NCBI GenBank assembly: GCA_965207735.1
Contig: OZ242296.1
Location: 3,328,001-3,392,000 of the forward strand
Length of the DNA stretch: 64,000 bases
Direction: 5' to 3'
DNA from: Candidatus Versatilivorator sp.
GTDB lineage: Bacteria > Acidobacteriota > Terriglobia > Versatilivoradales > Versatilivoraceae
The notes beneath the pieces were generated by a model, which saw only the letters and a program-made list of their open reading frames with translations, searched no databases and was not told the DNA's origin. Shown piece by piece: positions 43,101-51,096 of the stretch. Both the position numbers and the translations under genes were made by a program. Each line of letters starts with the position of its first letter. The stretch's first letter is position 1.

Positions 43101-46100
43101 TCGTCACGTCGAAGGCGCCGTTCTGCGCATCCGCCGGGCCGCTGACTTGTACGTCCGGACGCGACGAAATCACCGTAATCGTGAACGTATCCGTGACCGG
43201 GCTCAACCAACCCGGGCCGTCGCCGTCTGCGGTGATCGTGACCGTGTAGTCCTTTATTTCCGCGTTCGCGTCCACCGTTCCCGTTACCTGCTCCGACGCG
43301 GACTCGTACGACAAGCTGTCCGGCAGCCCTGTCAGTTCCACCTCCTTGTACTTCTCGTCGGCATCAACCACGATGTCAAACGCCGCAATCTGCTCGCCCT
43401 GCTGATACGTCTTGTCGCCCGGCGACGTGATATGCGGTCTCCCCCACATCACGAAGTAATTAAAACTGTGGGTCACCACGGCGTTCACGCCGTCGTCCGC
43501 GTTGATTTTCACAATGAACGCGTTATCCCTGCGGGCCGGAATCCGGTGCGTATTCGGCATCACCGTCCCGCTGACCGTGCCGCCCGAACATGAATCCGAA
43601 TCCGAATGGGACAGTCCCTGCGGCAGGCCTGTCACCGTCACCGTCACCTCGTCGCCGTCGTCGTCATGCACCTTGATGCACCACGGTAGGATCGTCTGGT
43701 ACTGAAAATCGTAATGTCGAATATTCAGCGGCTTGATCACCGGAGGACTGTTCGTCGTTGTGTCACCGTCGTCGAGGATCGTCCCTGTCGCCGTGTCGGT
43801 CGCCCTTACCGATAGCGACGCGCCGGAGACGCTCAGGCCCACGGTGAAGGTCTCGTCGGCTTCCTGGTACGCGTCCTCGGTCGTCGCCACGGTGAAGGTC
43901 CGTGTCTCGCCCGCCGTCCCGGCGAAAGTGATCGCCGTGGTGTTCTGGGTGTAGTCCACGCCGCTCCTCGCCGTGACGTCGGTGAAGCTCGGCGTCACGA
44001 TGAAGCCGACCGCCACCGCGCTGTCCAGCGTCACCGTGAACGTCATCGAATCGCCTTCGCTGGCCGAGGCGTCGGCAATCGTCACGGTCGCCGGATCGTC
44101 GTCGTTGATGATCGTTCCCGTCGCCGTGTCGCTCGCCGTTATGGTCTCCGTGGGCGCCGAGACGGCCAGGCTGACGGTAAAGGTTTCGTCCGCCTCGACA
44201 TCGGCGTCCTCGGTCGTCGCCACCGTGAAGGTCTGCTGCTCGCCCGCCGTCCCGGCGAAGCTGAGCGCGGCCGTGTTCTCCGTGTAGTCCGTGCCCTTCG
44301 CCGCCGTGACGTCGGTGAAGCTCGGCGTCACTGTGAAGCCGCCAGCCACCGCCTTGTTCAGCGTCACCGTGAACGTGAGGGAGTCGCCCTCGCCGGCCGA
44401 GGCGTCGGCCACGGTCACGGCGGTCGCGCCGTCGTCGTCGATGATCGTCCCCGTCGCCGTGTCGCTCGCCGTTATGGTCTCCGAGGTCCCCGAGGCGCGC
44501 AAGCTCACCGTGAAGGTCTCGTTTACCTCGACATCGGTATCCTCAATGGTCGCCATCGTGAAGGTCTGCTGCTCGCCCGCCGTCCCGGCGAACTCGAGAG
44601 CCTCTTCGTAAGCGGTGTAGTCGGTCCCCTCGGTCGCCGTGCCGTCGGTGAAGCTCAGATCGACGAGGAACTGGCCGGACACCGCCGCGTCCAGCGTCAC
44701 CGTGAACGTCATCGATTCGCCTTCGCTGGCCGAGGCGTCGGCAATCGTCAATGCCGGCGCGTCGTCGTTGGTGATCGTCCCCGTCGCCGTGTCGCTCGCC
44801 GTCACGGTCTCCGAGGTCCCCGAGACGGCCAGGCTGACGGTAAAGGTTTCGTCCGCCTCGATATCGGCGTCCTCGGTCGTCGCCACCGTGAAGGTCTGCT
44901 GCTCGCCCGCCGTCCCGGCGAAGCTGAGCGCGGCCGTGTTCTCCGTGTAGTCCGTGCCCTTCGCCGCCGTGACGTCGGTGAAGCTCGGCGTCACCGTCAG
45001 CCCGCCGGACACCGCCTTGTTCAGCGTCACCGTGAACGTGAGGGAGTCGCCCTCGCCGGCCGAGGCGTCGGCCACGGTCACGGCGGTCGCGCCGTCGTCG
45101 TCGATGATCGTCCCCCTCGCCGTGTCGCTCGCTGTCACCGCCAACTGCGTCCCCGACACGCTCAGGCTCACCGTGAACGTCTCGTGTGCCTCGACATCGG
45201 TATCCTCGGTGGTCACCATCGTGAAGGTCTGCTGCTCGCCCGCCGTCCCGGCGAACTCGAGAGCCTCTTCGTAAGCGGTGTAGTCGGTCCCCTCGGTCGC
45301 CGTGCCATCGGTGAAGCTCAGATCGACGAGGAACTGGCCGGACACCGCCGCGTCCAGCGTCACCGTGAACGTCATCGATTCGCCTTCGCTGGCCGAGGCG
45401 TCGGCAATCGTCAATGCCGGCGCGTCGTCGTTGGTGATCGTCCCCGTCGCCGTGTCGCTCGCCGTCACGGTCTCCGAGGTCCCCGAGACGGCCAGGCTGA
45501 CGGTAAAGGTTTCGTCCGCCTCGATATCGGCGTCCTCGGTCGTCGCCACCGTGAAGGTCTGCTGCTCGCCCGCCGTCCCGGCGAAGCTGAGCGCGGCCGT
45601 GTTCTCCGTGTAGTCCGTGCCCTTCGCCGCCGTGACGTCGGTGAAGCTCGGCGTCACCGTCAGCCCGCCGGACACCGCCCTGCTCAGCGTCACCGTGAAC
45701 GAGATCGAGTCCCCCTCATCGGCTGAAACGTCCTCGATCGTCACTTTCGGCGCCCCCGGTGGGGTCACCGTGATCGTGAACGTCTCCGTCACAGCGGGAT
45801 AGCCCCGGCCGTCGGCGGTGATCTTGACCGTGTAGGCCTTGACATCCGCGTCCGCAGCCACGGTCCCCTGCACCTGCCCCGACGCGTACGACAAACCCGT
45901 CGGCAGACCCGTCACCGTGACCGTCGTGCTGCTTGGGTCGGTGACCTGGATGGCGAACGGCGCGATCGCCTCGCCCTGCTCATACGTCTTGTCGCCGGGC
46001 ACCGTGATCTCCGGCGCGCCCCAATACACGGTGTATTGGAAGATTCTGGTCACTGTCGCGGCCACGCCATCGTCCGCCTTGATGGTCACGTACCAAAATT

Positions 46101-49100
46101 TGGACTGTCCGGCCGGAATCCGGGGGGCGTCCGGCAGTGGCGTTCCTCGTACGGCGCCGTCCGAATAGGACAGCCCGGGCGGCAGATTCTCCAGCGTCAG
46201 CGTCAACGTGTCGCCGTCGGCATCGCTTACGGGGATGGTCCACGGCTCAAGCGGCTGGTACTGGAAAGCGCGGATTCCATCTAGCTCCCCGATCACTGGC
46301 GGCGAGTTCGGTCCCTCGGGCTCTGACGGCTCCGGCGCTGCGGTGTCGAGGATCGTCCCCGTCGCCGTGTCGGTCGCCTTCACCCACAACGACGTGTTGG
46401 TGAGGCTCAAGCCCACCGTGAACGTCTTGCTCGATGTGTCCTGCTGGTCAGCGGTCGTCGCCACGGTGAAGGTCTTCTGCTCGCCCGCGTTGCCGGCGAA
46501 GGTGAGCGCCGCGGTGTTCTGGGTGTAGTCCGTGCCGCTCGCCGCCGTGCCGTCGGTAAAGCTCGGCGTCACGGTGAAGCCGCCGACGACCGCTCTGTCC
46601 ACCGTCGCGGTGAAGGTGATCGCGTTCCCCTCCCTGGCTGACGCGTCAGAGATTGTCACGGCTGCGCCGTCGTCGTCGGTGATCGTCACCGTCCCGGTGT
46701 CGGTCGCCGTCACCCCCGGCGGCGCGCCGGATACTTCGAAGCCGACGGTGAAGGTCTCCGTCCCCTCGACGATCTCGTCGTTGACGGTATTGAACGATAG
46801 GTCACGGCTCTCGTTGGGCCAGCCGCCGAAGGGGAGCTGAATAGGGATGCCGCGGAAGTCGCTGTCCTTGGTGGCGGTGCCGTTGGTGACTACCGTTTTC
46901 AGGAGGAGGCCGCCCTGCACCCCCTTGTCGATCCTCACACTGAAGGCCATGGGCACCAACGACGTGTAGGTCTCCACCCCGGTTGCGTCATCGACCGTCA
47001 CGGTCGCGAAGTCGTCGTTGGTAACCGTGCCGGTCGCCGTATCGGTTGCCGTTACGGTCTCCGACGTCCCGGAGACGGCCAGGCTCACCGTGAACGTCTC
47101 GTCGTATTCCACCACCTCGTCCTCGGTGGTGGCCACCGTGAAGGTGCGCTGCTCGCCCGCCGTCCCGGTGAAGCTGATGCCCGCCGTGTTCGCGGTGTAG
47201 TCGGTACCCTTCGCGGCCTTCCCGCCACTGAAGGAGGGCGTCACGGTGAAGCCGCCCGACACCGCCTTGTTCAGCGTCACCGTGAACGTGAGCGAGTCGC
47301 CCTCGCCGGCCGATGCGTCGGTGACCGTCACGGACGTCGTCCCGTCGTCGTCGATGATCGTCCCCGTCGCCGGATCGGTCGCCTTCATCGGCTCCGTCGT
47401 CCCGGAGACGCTCAGACTGACGGTGAAGGTCTCATGGGCTTCCACGGCCGCATCCTCGGTCGTGGCCACGGTGAAGGTCTGCGTCTCGCCCGCCGTGCCG
47501 GCGAAGCTGATCCCCGCCGTGTTCGCGGTGTAGTCCGTGCCCTTGGTGGCGGTGCCGCCGGCGAAGCCGGGCGTCACGGTGAAGCCGCCCGACACCGCCT
47601 TGTCCAGCGCCACCGTGAACGTGATCTGGTCGCCCTCGGAGGCAGATGCGTCAGCCACGGTCAGGGCGGGAGCATCCAGGTCGGCCTGCACGCTGCATGG
47701 CTGCGCCGCCAGGTTGCCGTAACCGTCATTGTCCGTAGCCACGTTCGCTGGAACGCCAATCGTCACCGTCCCGCTGGCTGCCGGCGTGATGTAGACCGAG
47801 GCGGTTCCATTCGTTTCGGCCCACCCGGTCACCCGTCCGTTGTCCACCGTCACGTCGGCCCGCGCGAACCCGGACACCGACTCCGAAAACTTGATGCTCA
47901 ACCCGAATGTGTCCGTCTGCACACCGGTCGGACAACTGATGGTCACCGTCGGCTCACCCAAGTTGGCCTGCACTGAATACTGGACCGCCGCCAAGTTGCC
48001 GTTGTTATCGCCATCCGTGGCCACATTCTCCGCCACGTCCACCGTCACCGTCCCGCTGGCCGCCGGCGTGATGTAGACCGTGGCGTTTCCATTCGTCTCG
48101 GCCCACCCGGTCACCCGTCCGTTGCCCACCGTCACGTCCGCCTGCGCGAACCCAGACACCGACTCCGAGAAGGTGATCGTCACTTGGAACGCGCCCGCCT
48201 GCGCACTCGTCGGACCACTGATGACCACCGTCGGCTGCGCCAGAGCCACGGTCACGCTGAATCGGCTCGCCGCCGTGTTGCTGTGGCCCGCTCCATCCAC
48301 GGCCACGCCCGCGGCCACATCCACCGTCAGCGTCCCGCTGGCCGTCGGCGTGATCGTGGCCGTATAGCTCGACCCCGAACCGGAAAGCGCCGCCGCGGCC
48401 CCGCCGCCGACCGTCACGTCTCCTTTATCGAACCCGGTCACCGACTCCGAGAAGGTGATCGTCACGTCGAAGGAGTCGCTCTGGCTGGCCGTCGGGCCAC
48501 TGATGCTCACCGTCGGAGCATCGAAGTCAGCCTCCACCGAATATTGGGGCGCCGCCACGTTACCGTACTCCACCCCGTCCTCGACTACGTTCTCCGCTAC
48601 GTCCACCGTCACCGTTCCCGTGGCCGCCGGCGTGATCGTGGCCGACCAGGTATCGTACGAGCCGGAAAAATTGGTCATCGACCCGTTGCCGACCGTCACA
48701 TCTCCCTGCGTGAACCCGTACACCTCCTCCGAAAAGACGATCCTGACGAGAAACGCCCCTTTCTGAGTAGTGGTCGGACCCGTGATGTCCACCGTCGGAC
48801 GATTCCAATGCGGCTCGACCGTGATCGTGAACGTCTCCGTCACCGCCGTGTTCACGCCGTCATCGGCCGAGACCGTCACGGTGTGGTCCTGTATTGCCGC
48901 GTTGACCGCCACGATCCCCTGCACCTGGCCGCTCGCGTACGACAGCCCCGAGGGCAGGCCGGTCAGCGTCACCGTCACCGTGTCCTGGTCTGCATCCGTC
49001 ACCGTGATCCCGAACGCCGTGATGCTCTCCCCCTGCTCGTAGCTCTTGTCGCCCGGTGTGGTGATCACCGGAGCGGAGTTGACCGTCTGCCTCGCCCGAG

Positions 49101-50442
49101 CCGGCTTGGTCACCGTGATCGTGAACGTCTCCGTCACCGCCGCGTTGACCCCGTCGTCCGCCGAGATCGTCACGGTGTGGTCCTGCGCCGCCGCGTCGCC
49201 CGCCACCGTTCCCTGCACCTGGCCGCTCGTGTACGACAGCCCCGACGGCAGGCCGGAGAGCTCCACCGTCACCGTATCCTCGTCGGCATCCGTCACCGTG
49301 ATCCCGAACGAGGTGATCGTCTCGCCCTGCTCGTAGGTCTTGTCGCCGGGCGCGGTAATCACCGGCGCCGCGTTCGACGCCGCCTCCGCCTGCACCGAAT
49401 GCCGGCTCGCCGGCATGTTGGGGTTGCCCGTTGCATCCGTTGCCCTGTGCGCGGCCACGTCAACCGTCACGGTCCCGGCGTCCGCCGGCGCGATCGTCGC
49501 CGTGTAGCTCCGCCCCGAACCGGAAAAGGCCGTCACCGACCCGTTGCCCACTGTCAGGTCCCCCTGCTCGAATCCCGTCATCGATTCCGTGAAGGTGAAG
49601 GTCACGTCAAACGGTCCAGTCTGGAGTCCCGTCGGGCCACTGATGGTCACCGTGGGACGAGTCTGGTCCCCCTCCACCGAAAACCGGCTCGCCGCCGTGT
49701 TGCCGTTGTCATCCGCATCCGCAGCCACGTTCGCGCCCACGTCCACCGTCACCGTTCCGGAGAACCCCGGAGTGATCCTGATCTTGGCTCTATAGCTGGC
49801 TCCCGAACCGGAAAACTCCCTGACGAATCCATTGCCCACCGCCACGTCCGCCTTCTCGAACCCCGTCACCGGCTCGGAGAAGGCGATGCGCACGTCGAAC
49901 GCGCCTCTCTGGGGCGCCGTCGGGCCGCTGATGGTCACCGTTGGAGAGGTTTGATCCGCTGGAGGGGTTTGATCCGCCTCGCTCACCGTGATCGTGAACG
50001 TCTCCGTCACCGCCGCGTTCACCCCGTCGTCCGCCGAAATCGTCGCGGTGTAAGCCTGCGCCGTGGCACCGGCGGCTACCGTCCCCTGAACCTGGTCGCT
50101 GGTGTAGGACAGCCCCGACGGCAGCCCCGTCACCGTTACCGTTACCGTGTCCCCGTCCGCGTCCGACACCATGATCCCGAACGAAGTGATCGTCTCTCCC
50201 TGCTCGTAGGACTCGTCTCCAGGAGACGTGATCACCGGCGGAGCGTTGGCCGGGGCCGATTGCCCTAATGCCGACCCAACAGACAGGATGGCATTCATCG
50301 CGACGACAGCGACGGCCAGGAGGGGGATGGCCGCCTTGGCCAAGGCATGGCAAGCCCCGGAGAGCTTGCCATAAGCTAACAGGTTGGGCGGCTGTGCGGA
50401 GGGTGATGAGATTCCATCGAGCATTGGCGGAAACCCTTTCAC
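34138..50442 (-). CDS. Giant repetitive surface adhesin: ~27 Calx-beta, ~9 bacterial Ig-like, ~7 putative-Ig/cadherin-like domains, C-terminal autotransporter barrel (start 50442 GTG or 50424 ATG)
   Basis: Signal-like N-terminus; repeats DASAxEG..FTVTL..DYT..E.DETFTV..GTITDDD; NHAPVAVDD; beta-barrel ending GISLVLNF. Confidence 0.93.
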   Translation of the reverse strand: MKGFPPMLDGISSPSAQPPNLLAYGKLSGACHALAKAAIPLLAVAVVAMNAILSVGSALGQSAPANAPPVITSPGDESYEQGETITSFGIMVSDADGDTVTVTVTGLPSGLSYTSDQVQGTVAAGATAQAYTATISADDGVNAAVTETFTITVSEADQTPPADQTSPTVTISGPTAPQRGAFDVRIAFSEPVTGFEKADVAVGNGFVREFSGSGASYRAKIRITPGFSGTVTVDVGANVAADADDNGNTAASRFSVEGDQTRPTVTISGPTGLQTGPFDVTFTFTESMTGFEQGDLTVGNGSVTAFSGSGRSYTATIAPADAGTVTVDVAAHRATDATGNPNMPASRHSVQAEAASNAAPVITAPGDKTYEQGETITSFGITVTDADEDTVTVELSGLPSGLSYTSGQVQGTVAGDAAAQDHTVTISADDGVNAAVTETFTITVTKPARARQTVNSAPVITTPGDKSYEQGESITAFGITVTDADQDTVTVTLTGLPSGLSYASGQVQGIVAVNAAIQDHTVTVSADDGVNTAVTETFTITVEPHWNRPTVDITGPTTTQKGAFLVRIVFSEEVYGFTQGDVTVGNGSMTNFSGSYDTWSATITPAATGTVTVDVAENVVEDGVEYGNVAAPQYSVEADFDAPTVSISGPTASQSDSFDVTITFSESVTGFDKGDVTVGGGAAAALSGSGSSYTATITPTASGTLTVDVAAGVAVDGAGHSNTAASRFSVTVALAQPTVVISGPTSAQAGAFQVTITFSESVSGFAQADVTVGNGRVTGWAETNGNATVYITPAASGTVTVDVAENVATDGDNNGNLAAVQYSVQANLGEPTVTISCPTGVQTDTFGLSIKFSESVSGFARADVTVDNGRVTGWAETNGTASVYITPAASGTVTIGVPANVATDNDGYGNLAAQPCSVQADLDAPALTVADASASEGDQITFTVALDKAVSGGFTVTPGFAGGTATKGTDYTANTAGISFAGTAGETQTFTVATTEDAAVEAHETFTVSLSVSGTTEPMKATDPATGTIIDDDGTTSVTVTDASAGEGDSLTFTVTLNKAVSGGFTVTPSFSGGKAAKGTDYTANTAGISFTGTAGEQRTFTVATTEDEVVEYDETFTVSLAVSGTSETVTATDTATGTVTNDDFATVTVDDATGVETYTSLVPMAFSVRIDKGVQGGLLLKTVVTNGTATKDSDFRGIPIQLPFGGWPNESRDLSFNTVNDEIVEGTETFTVGFEVSGAPPGVTATDTGTVTITDDDGAAVTISDASAREGNAITFTATVDRAVVGGFTVTPSFTDGTAASGTDYTQNTAALTFAGNAGEQKTFTVATTADQQDTSSKTFTVGLSLTNTSLWVKATDTATGTILDTAAPEPSEPEGPNSPPVIGELDGIRAFQYQPLEPWTIPVSDADGDTLTLTLENLPPGLSYSDGAVRGTPLPDAPRIPAGQSKFWYVTIKADDGVAATVTRIFQYTVYWGAPEITVPGDKTYEQGEAIAPFAIQVTDPSSTTVTVTGLPTGLSYASGQVQGTVAADADVKAYTVKITADGRGYPAVTETFTITVTPPGAPKVTIEDVSADEGDSISFTVTLSRAVSGGLTVTPSFTDVTAAKGTDYTENTAALSFAGTAGEQQTFTVATTEDADIEADETFTVSLAVSGTSETVTASDTATGTITNDDAPALTIADASASEGESMTFTVTLDAAVSGQFLVDLSFTDGTATEGTDYTAYEEALEFAGTAGEQQTFTMVTTEDTDVEAHETFTVSLSVSGTQLAVTASDTARGTIIDDDGATAVTVADASAGEGDSLTFTVTLNKAVSGGLTVTPSFTDVTAAKGTDYTENTAALSFAGTAGEQQTFTVATTEDADIEADETFTVSLAVSGTSETVTASDTATGTITNDDAPALTIADASASEGESMTFTVTLDAAVSGQFLVDLSFTDGTATEGTDYTAYEEALEFAGTAGEQQTFTMATIEDTDVEVNETFTVSLRASGTSETITASDTATGTIIDDDGATAVTVADASAGEGDSLTFTVTLNKAVAGGFTVTPSFTDVTAAKGTDYTENTAALSFAGTAGEQQTFTVATTEDADVEADETFTVSLAVSAPTETITASDTATGTIINDDDPATVTIADASASEGDSMTFTVTLDSAVAVGFIVTPSFTDVTARSGVDYTQNTTAITFAGTAGETRTFTVATTEDAYQEADETFTVGLSVSGASLSVRATDTATGTILDDGDTTTNSPPVIKPLNIRHYDFQYQTILPWCIKVHDDDGDEVTVTVTGLPQGLSHSDSDSCSGGTVSGTVMPNTHRIPARRDNAFIVKINADDGVNAVVTHSFNYFVMWGRPHITSPGDKTYQQGEQIAAFDIVVDADEKYKEVELTGLPDSLSYESASEQVTGTVDANAEIKDYTVTITADGDGPGWLSPVTDTFTITVISSRPDVQVSGPADAQNGAFDVTITFTESVTGFEKGDVTVGNGTATALSGSGSSYTATITPTASGTVTVDVDENVAEDGASNGNTAASRYSVEADLDAPTVSITGPTASQSDSFDVTITFTESVTGFEQEEVTVGNGAATALTGSGASYTATITPTASGTLTVDVDENVAEDGAGNGNTAADQFTVPVDLTRPTVVISCPTVTQTGAFDVGIAFSESVTGFEQAEATVGNGTVTALTGSGASYTATITPAATGTLTVDVAENVAADGEGHGNLAAQRCRVQVNLDDPKLTIFDESASEGDSMTFTVTLDKDVSGGFTVTPSFIDVTATKGTDYTENTAALSFKGTAGEEQTFTVATIEDAANEPDETFTVGLSVSGTSLAVTDTEIATGTITDDDVLQRTGVTIADGIAAEGDSLTFTMTLNNAVSGGFTVTPSFTDVTATKGTDYTENTAALSFKGTAGEQQTLTVATIDDADPEPNEVLEMSLSVSGTTAKVTVEDVKGLIIDDDAPAVTVDDASAAEGDSITFTVTLDNAVSGGLTVTPSFTDGTATEGTDYTENTAALTFTGTADETQSFTVATTEDTGVESDETFTVSLTVSGTSETVRATDIARGTITNDDGEAALTIADASAEEGDSITFTVTLDKAVSGGLAVTPVFTDETATEGTDYTENTDALTFTGTAGEEQTFTVATTEDTEGESDETFTVSLTVSGTSATVASDTAIGTVTDDDHMGHSPAVVTVADASADEGDAITFTVTLDKAVSGGLTVTPSFTDGTATKGTDYTENTAAITFAGSTGETQTFTVATTEDTEGESDETFTVGLAVSGLSGPETVTATDTATGTIVDDELPALSIADASASEGDSLTFTVTLDKAVSGGLTVTPSFTDGTATKGTDYTENTAAVTFAGSTGETQTFTVATTEDADAELDETFTVDLTVTTTQTPVAATDTATGTITNDDGTVAAVTIEDASAAEGDQITFTVTLDKAVSGGLTVTPAFTDETATEGTDYTENTAALTFTGTAGETQTFTVATTEDTDAELDETFTVDLTVSGTQSPVAATDTATGTITNDDGAVPAVTIEDASAAEGDQITFTVTLDKAVSGGLTVTPAFTDETATEGTDYTENTTALTFTGTAGETQTFTVATTEDSDAENDETFTVNLTVSGTQATVTATDTATGTITNDDGALAAVTIGDASASEGDSLTFTVTLDKAVSGGLTVTPGFADGTAAEGTDYTENTAALGFTGTAGETQSFTVTTTEDRVVEEDETFTVSLNVSDTSTTVRATDTATGTITNDDGLPSRGTAVVTIASASAAEGESLTFRVTLNLAVQGGLTVTPSFTDDTATGGTDYTENTAALSFTGTTGEEQTITVATTEDAVVEEDETFTVSLSVSDAPSGVTVGDPATGTITDDDGGTTGNNATVTIANASAVEGDSLTFTVTLNRAVQGGLTVTPSFADGTAVADSDYTANVEALSFVGTLGETQTIVVETVEDAAAETEETFTVSLSVSNAPSGVTVGDPATGTISDDDGAEPAVTVADASTDEGDPMTFTVTLNQVVQGGLTVTPSFSDGTATESTDYTADPVPLSFTGTAGEQQTITVETVEDAVVEADETFTVSLAVSGASTTVTATDTATGTITDDDGGTTGGNATVTIANASAVEGNSLTFTVTLNQAVQGGLTVTPSFSDGTATESTDYTANPVPLSFTGTAGEQQTITVETVEDTVVEEDETFTVSLSVSNAPSGVTVGDPATGTISDDDGATGGTPTVTIANASAVEGDSLTFTVTLNQAVQGGLAVTPGFSDGTAVAGTDYTENTAALSFTGTAGEEQTFTVETIEDEVVEDDETFTVSLNVSNAPSGVTVGDPATGTISDDDGATGGTPTVTIADASAVEGDSLTFTVTLNQAVQGGLAVTPGFSDGTAVAGTDYTENTAALSFTGTAGEEQTFTVETIEDEVVEDDETFTVSLNVSNAPSGVTVGDPATGTISDDDGATGGTPTVTIANASAVEGDSLTFTVTLNQAVQGGLTVTPGFSDGTAVAGTDYTENTAALSFTGTAGEEQTFTVETIEDEVVEDDETFTVSLNVSNAPSGVTVGDPATGTISDDDGATGGTPTVTIANASAVEGDSLTFTVTLNQAVQGGLAVTPGFSDGTAVAGTDYTENTAALGFTGTAGEEQTFTVETIEDEVVEDDETFTVSLNVSNAPSGVTAGGPATGTITNDNGGDTGKNHAPVAVDDSITVLRGGTISLLSNEYKSAYAVNREEYPTGRTEEPPDDTNNDWDQLQSPQSNFFPQSSVLANDSDLEDGLDQLSVELITSPDHGHLTLNRDGTFTFVHDGSRGSHEDRFTYQVRDSHGASSNIATVKIMVISLNAGPEGEPIPDQVLTLGSDGTVDVASYFTDPDGDPLSYDARASDGSSTVEVNLSGSEVVLTPVAIASTRITVTARDPEGLSAEQSFGVMVESVQDRRSRLLELSLAVFGRTVASQAVDAIGGRFEVSSRESRANFGGRRLDVETAPDDQGRSRVAEWLQTAASLLGTESIASDSLTRTPAAGRPVPGQWDVAGRQAKTQTELSPGGGLSGGSGAGGFGAGSLPLATGRNGFNRLSSRNLMSNSSFQFAPDKDGSQGSNWMLWGQGVRSSLHGQPQPDMGLDGRVGAAYLGADRRWGAKALVGLAASHSVGVLDFANGGNGGNDLEVGARLTSALPYLKWSPRPGFDLWGLMGYGRGAAEVEVEGDSVEMGIDVRLAALGGRSDLTRLGAVDLALKADAFAVSVGSEAVGGLKAVNGHTQRARLMLEGRTDWTLSSNSRLTPSLEVGARMDGGDAETGIGAELAGGASFANRRLGLVVEARGHWLIAHQDRNFRERGARLTVRLDPGADGKGWGFSLAPLWGNTSGGADALWRSEQMPVGRNRTEEQTGVHLRPNRTQADLSYRLETWGGRGRLGPFAKMDLEGLDSPRLGGGLRLEVSGASKSISEMVADGLRLELFGDYRRRRPDPAAGLSVGPSGSPDYRIGISLVLNF
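36590..37980. repeat. Four near-identical 345-bp tandem repeats (one Calx-beta unit each)
   Basis: Near-identical antisense ORFs recur at 36734, 37079, 37424, 37769 (345-bp period). Confidence 0.92.
44170..45700. repeat. 663-bp two-domain tandem duplication in adhesin
   Basis: Recurring antisense ORFs at 44291/44954/45617 and 44639/45302. Confidence 0.85.
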
Positions 50443-50498
50443 AATGGATGAATGTGGCCCTTGCGGCCGGAAGGCATGGCATGCCCATCACCACCAAG

Positions 50499-50514
50499 TG
50501 CAATTCCCGTGCCA
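50499..50514 (-). promoter_or_regulatory. Sigma54 (-24/-12) promoter of the giant adhesin
   Basis: Minus strand TGGCACGGGAATTGCA matches TGGCAC-N5-TTGCW exactly; AT-rich tract directly upstream (50515-50545). Confidence 0.85.
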
Positions 50515-50593
50515 AAGTAAAAAAAATTAAGTAAGTCCTTTTAAGGAAGCCACTTTGGATGTCGTGACCGCACAATGCTCAACTGACGCGAGC

Positions 50594-50723
50594 GTCTCAA
50601 CATGAGACTGTGATTCAACGACCTCGACGGCCTCTGTGGAAACAAGCCGCATGATTTCAGCTAGTTATAGGGAATTGGCAGGGGAGCGAGTCTCAATACT
50701 AAACCCAAGTCTCATCTTGAGAT
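50594..50723. promoter_or_regulatory. Candidate enhancer (UAS) palindromes for a sigma54 activator
   Basis: GTCTCA-ACA-TGAGAC (50594-50608), GTCTCA-TCT-TGAGAT (50709-50723), half site GTCTCA (50690). Confidence 0.65.
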
Positions 50724-51096
50724 ACTCGACGAGGCAGGAATCGACGGTAAAGAGAGACTCGACCAGCAGGAAAGGCTGGCAGGCTTGGCCAACTTGGTGA
50801 GCCGATATTGAAAATGGGGGGTTTCGACAGCGCGGTGATCCATGACAGGCTGCCGAAAAAAATCGGGGTTGTAGGGTATATGCCGATTCAAATTGTGCAG
50901 ACAATTTGCCAGACCCATGGTGTGTGCTATGAAGGCCGGGTGCCTACCCCTCCCGCGAATCCTGAATCACCCTTCCCTTGCCGACAGACGTGGCCATGTC
51001 ACTTTTTTGGCGCGTTGTATTGTGAGCAACCACACTGTTCCCCGCAGACGCGGCGATGAATCGGGGCAAGAAACGAACTCACTCGATGACCGTGGA

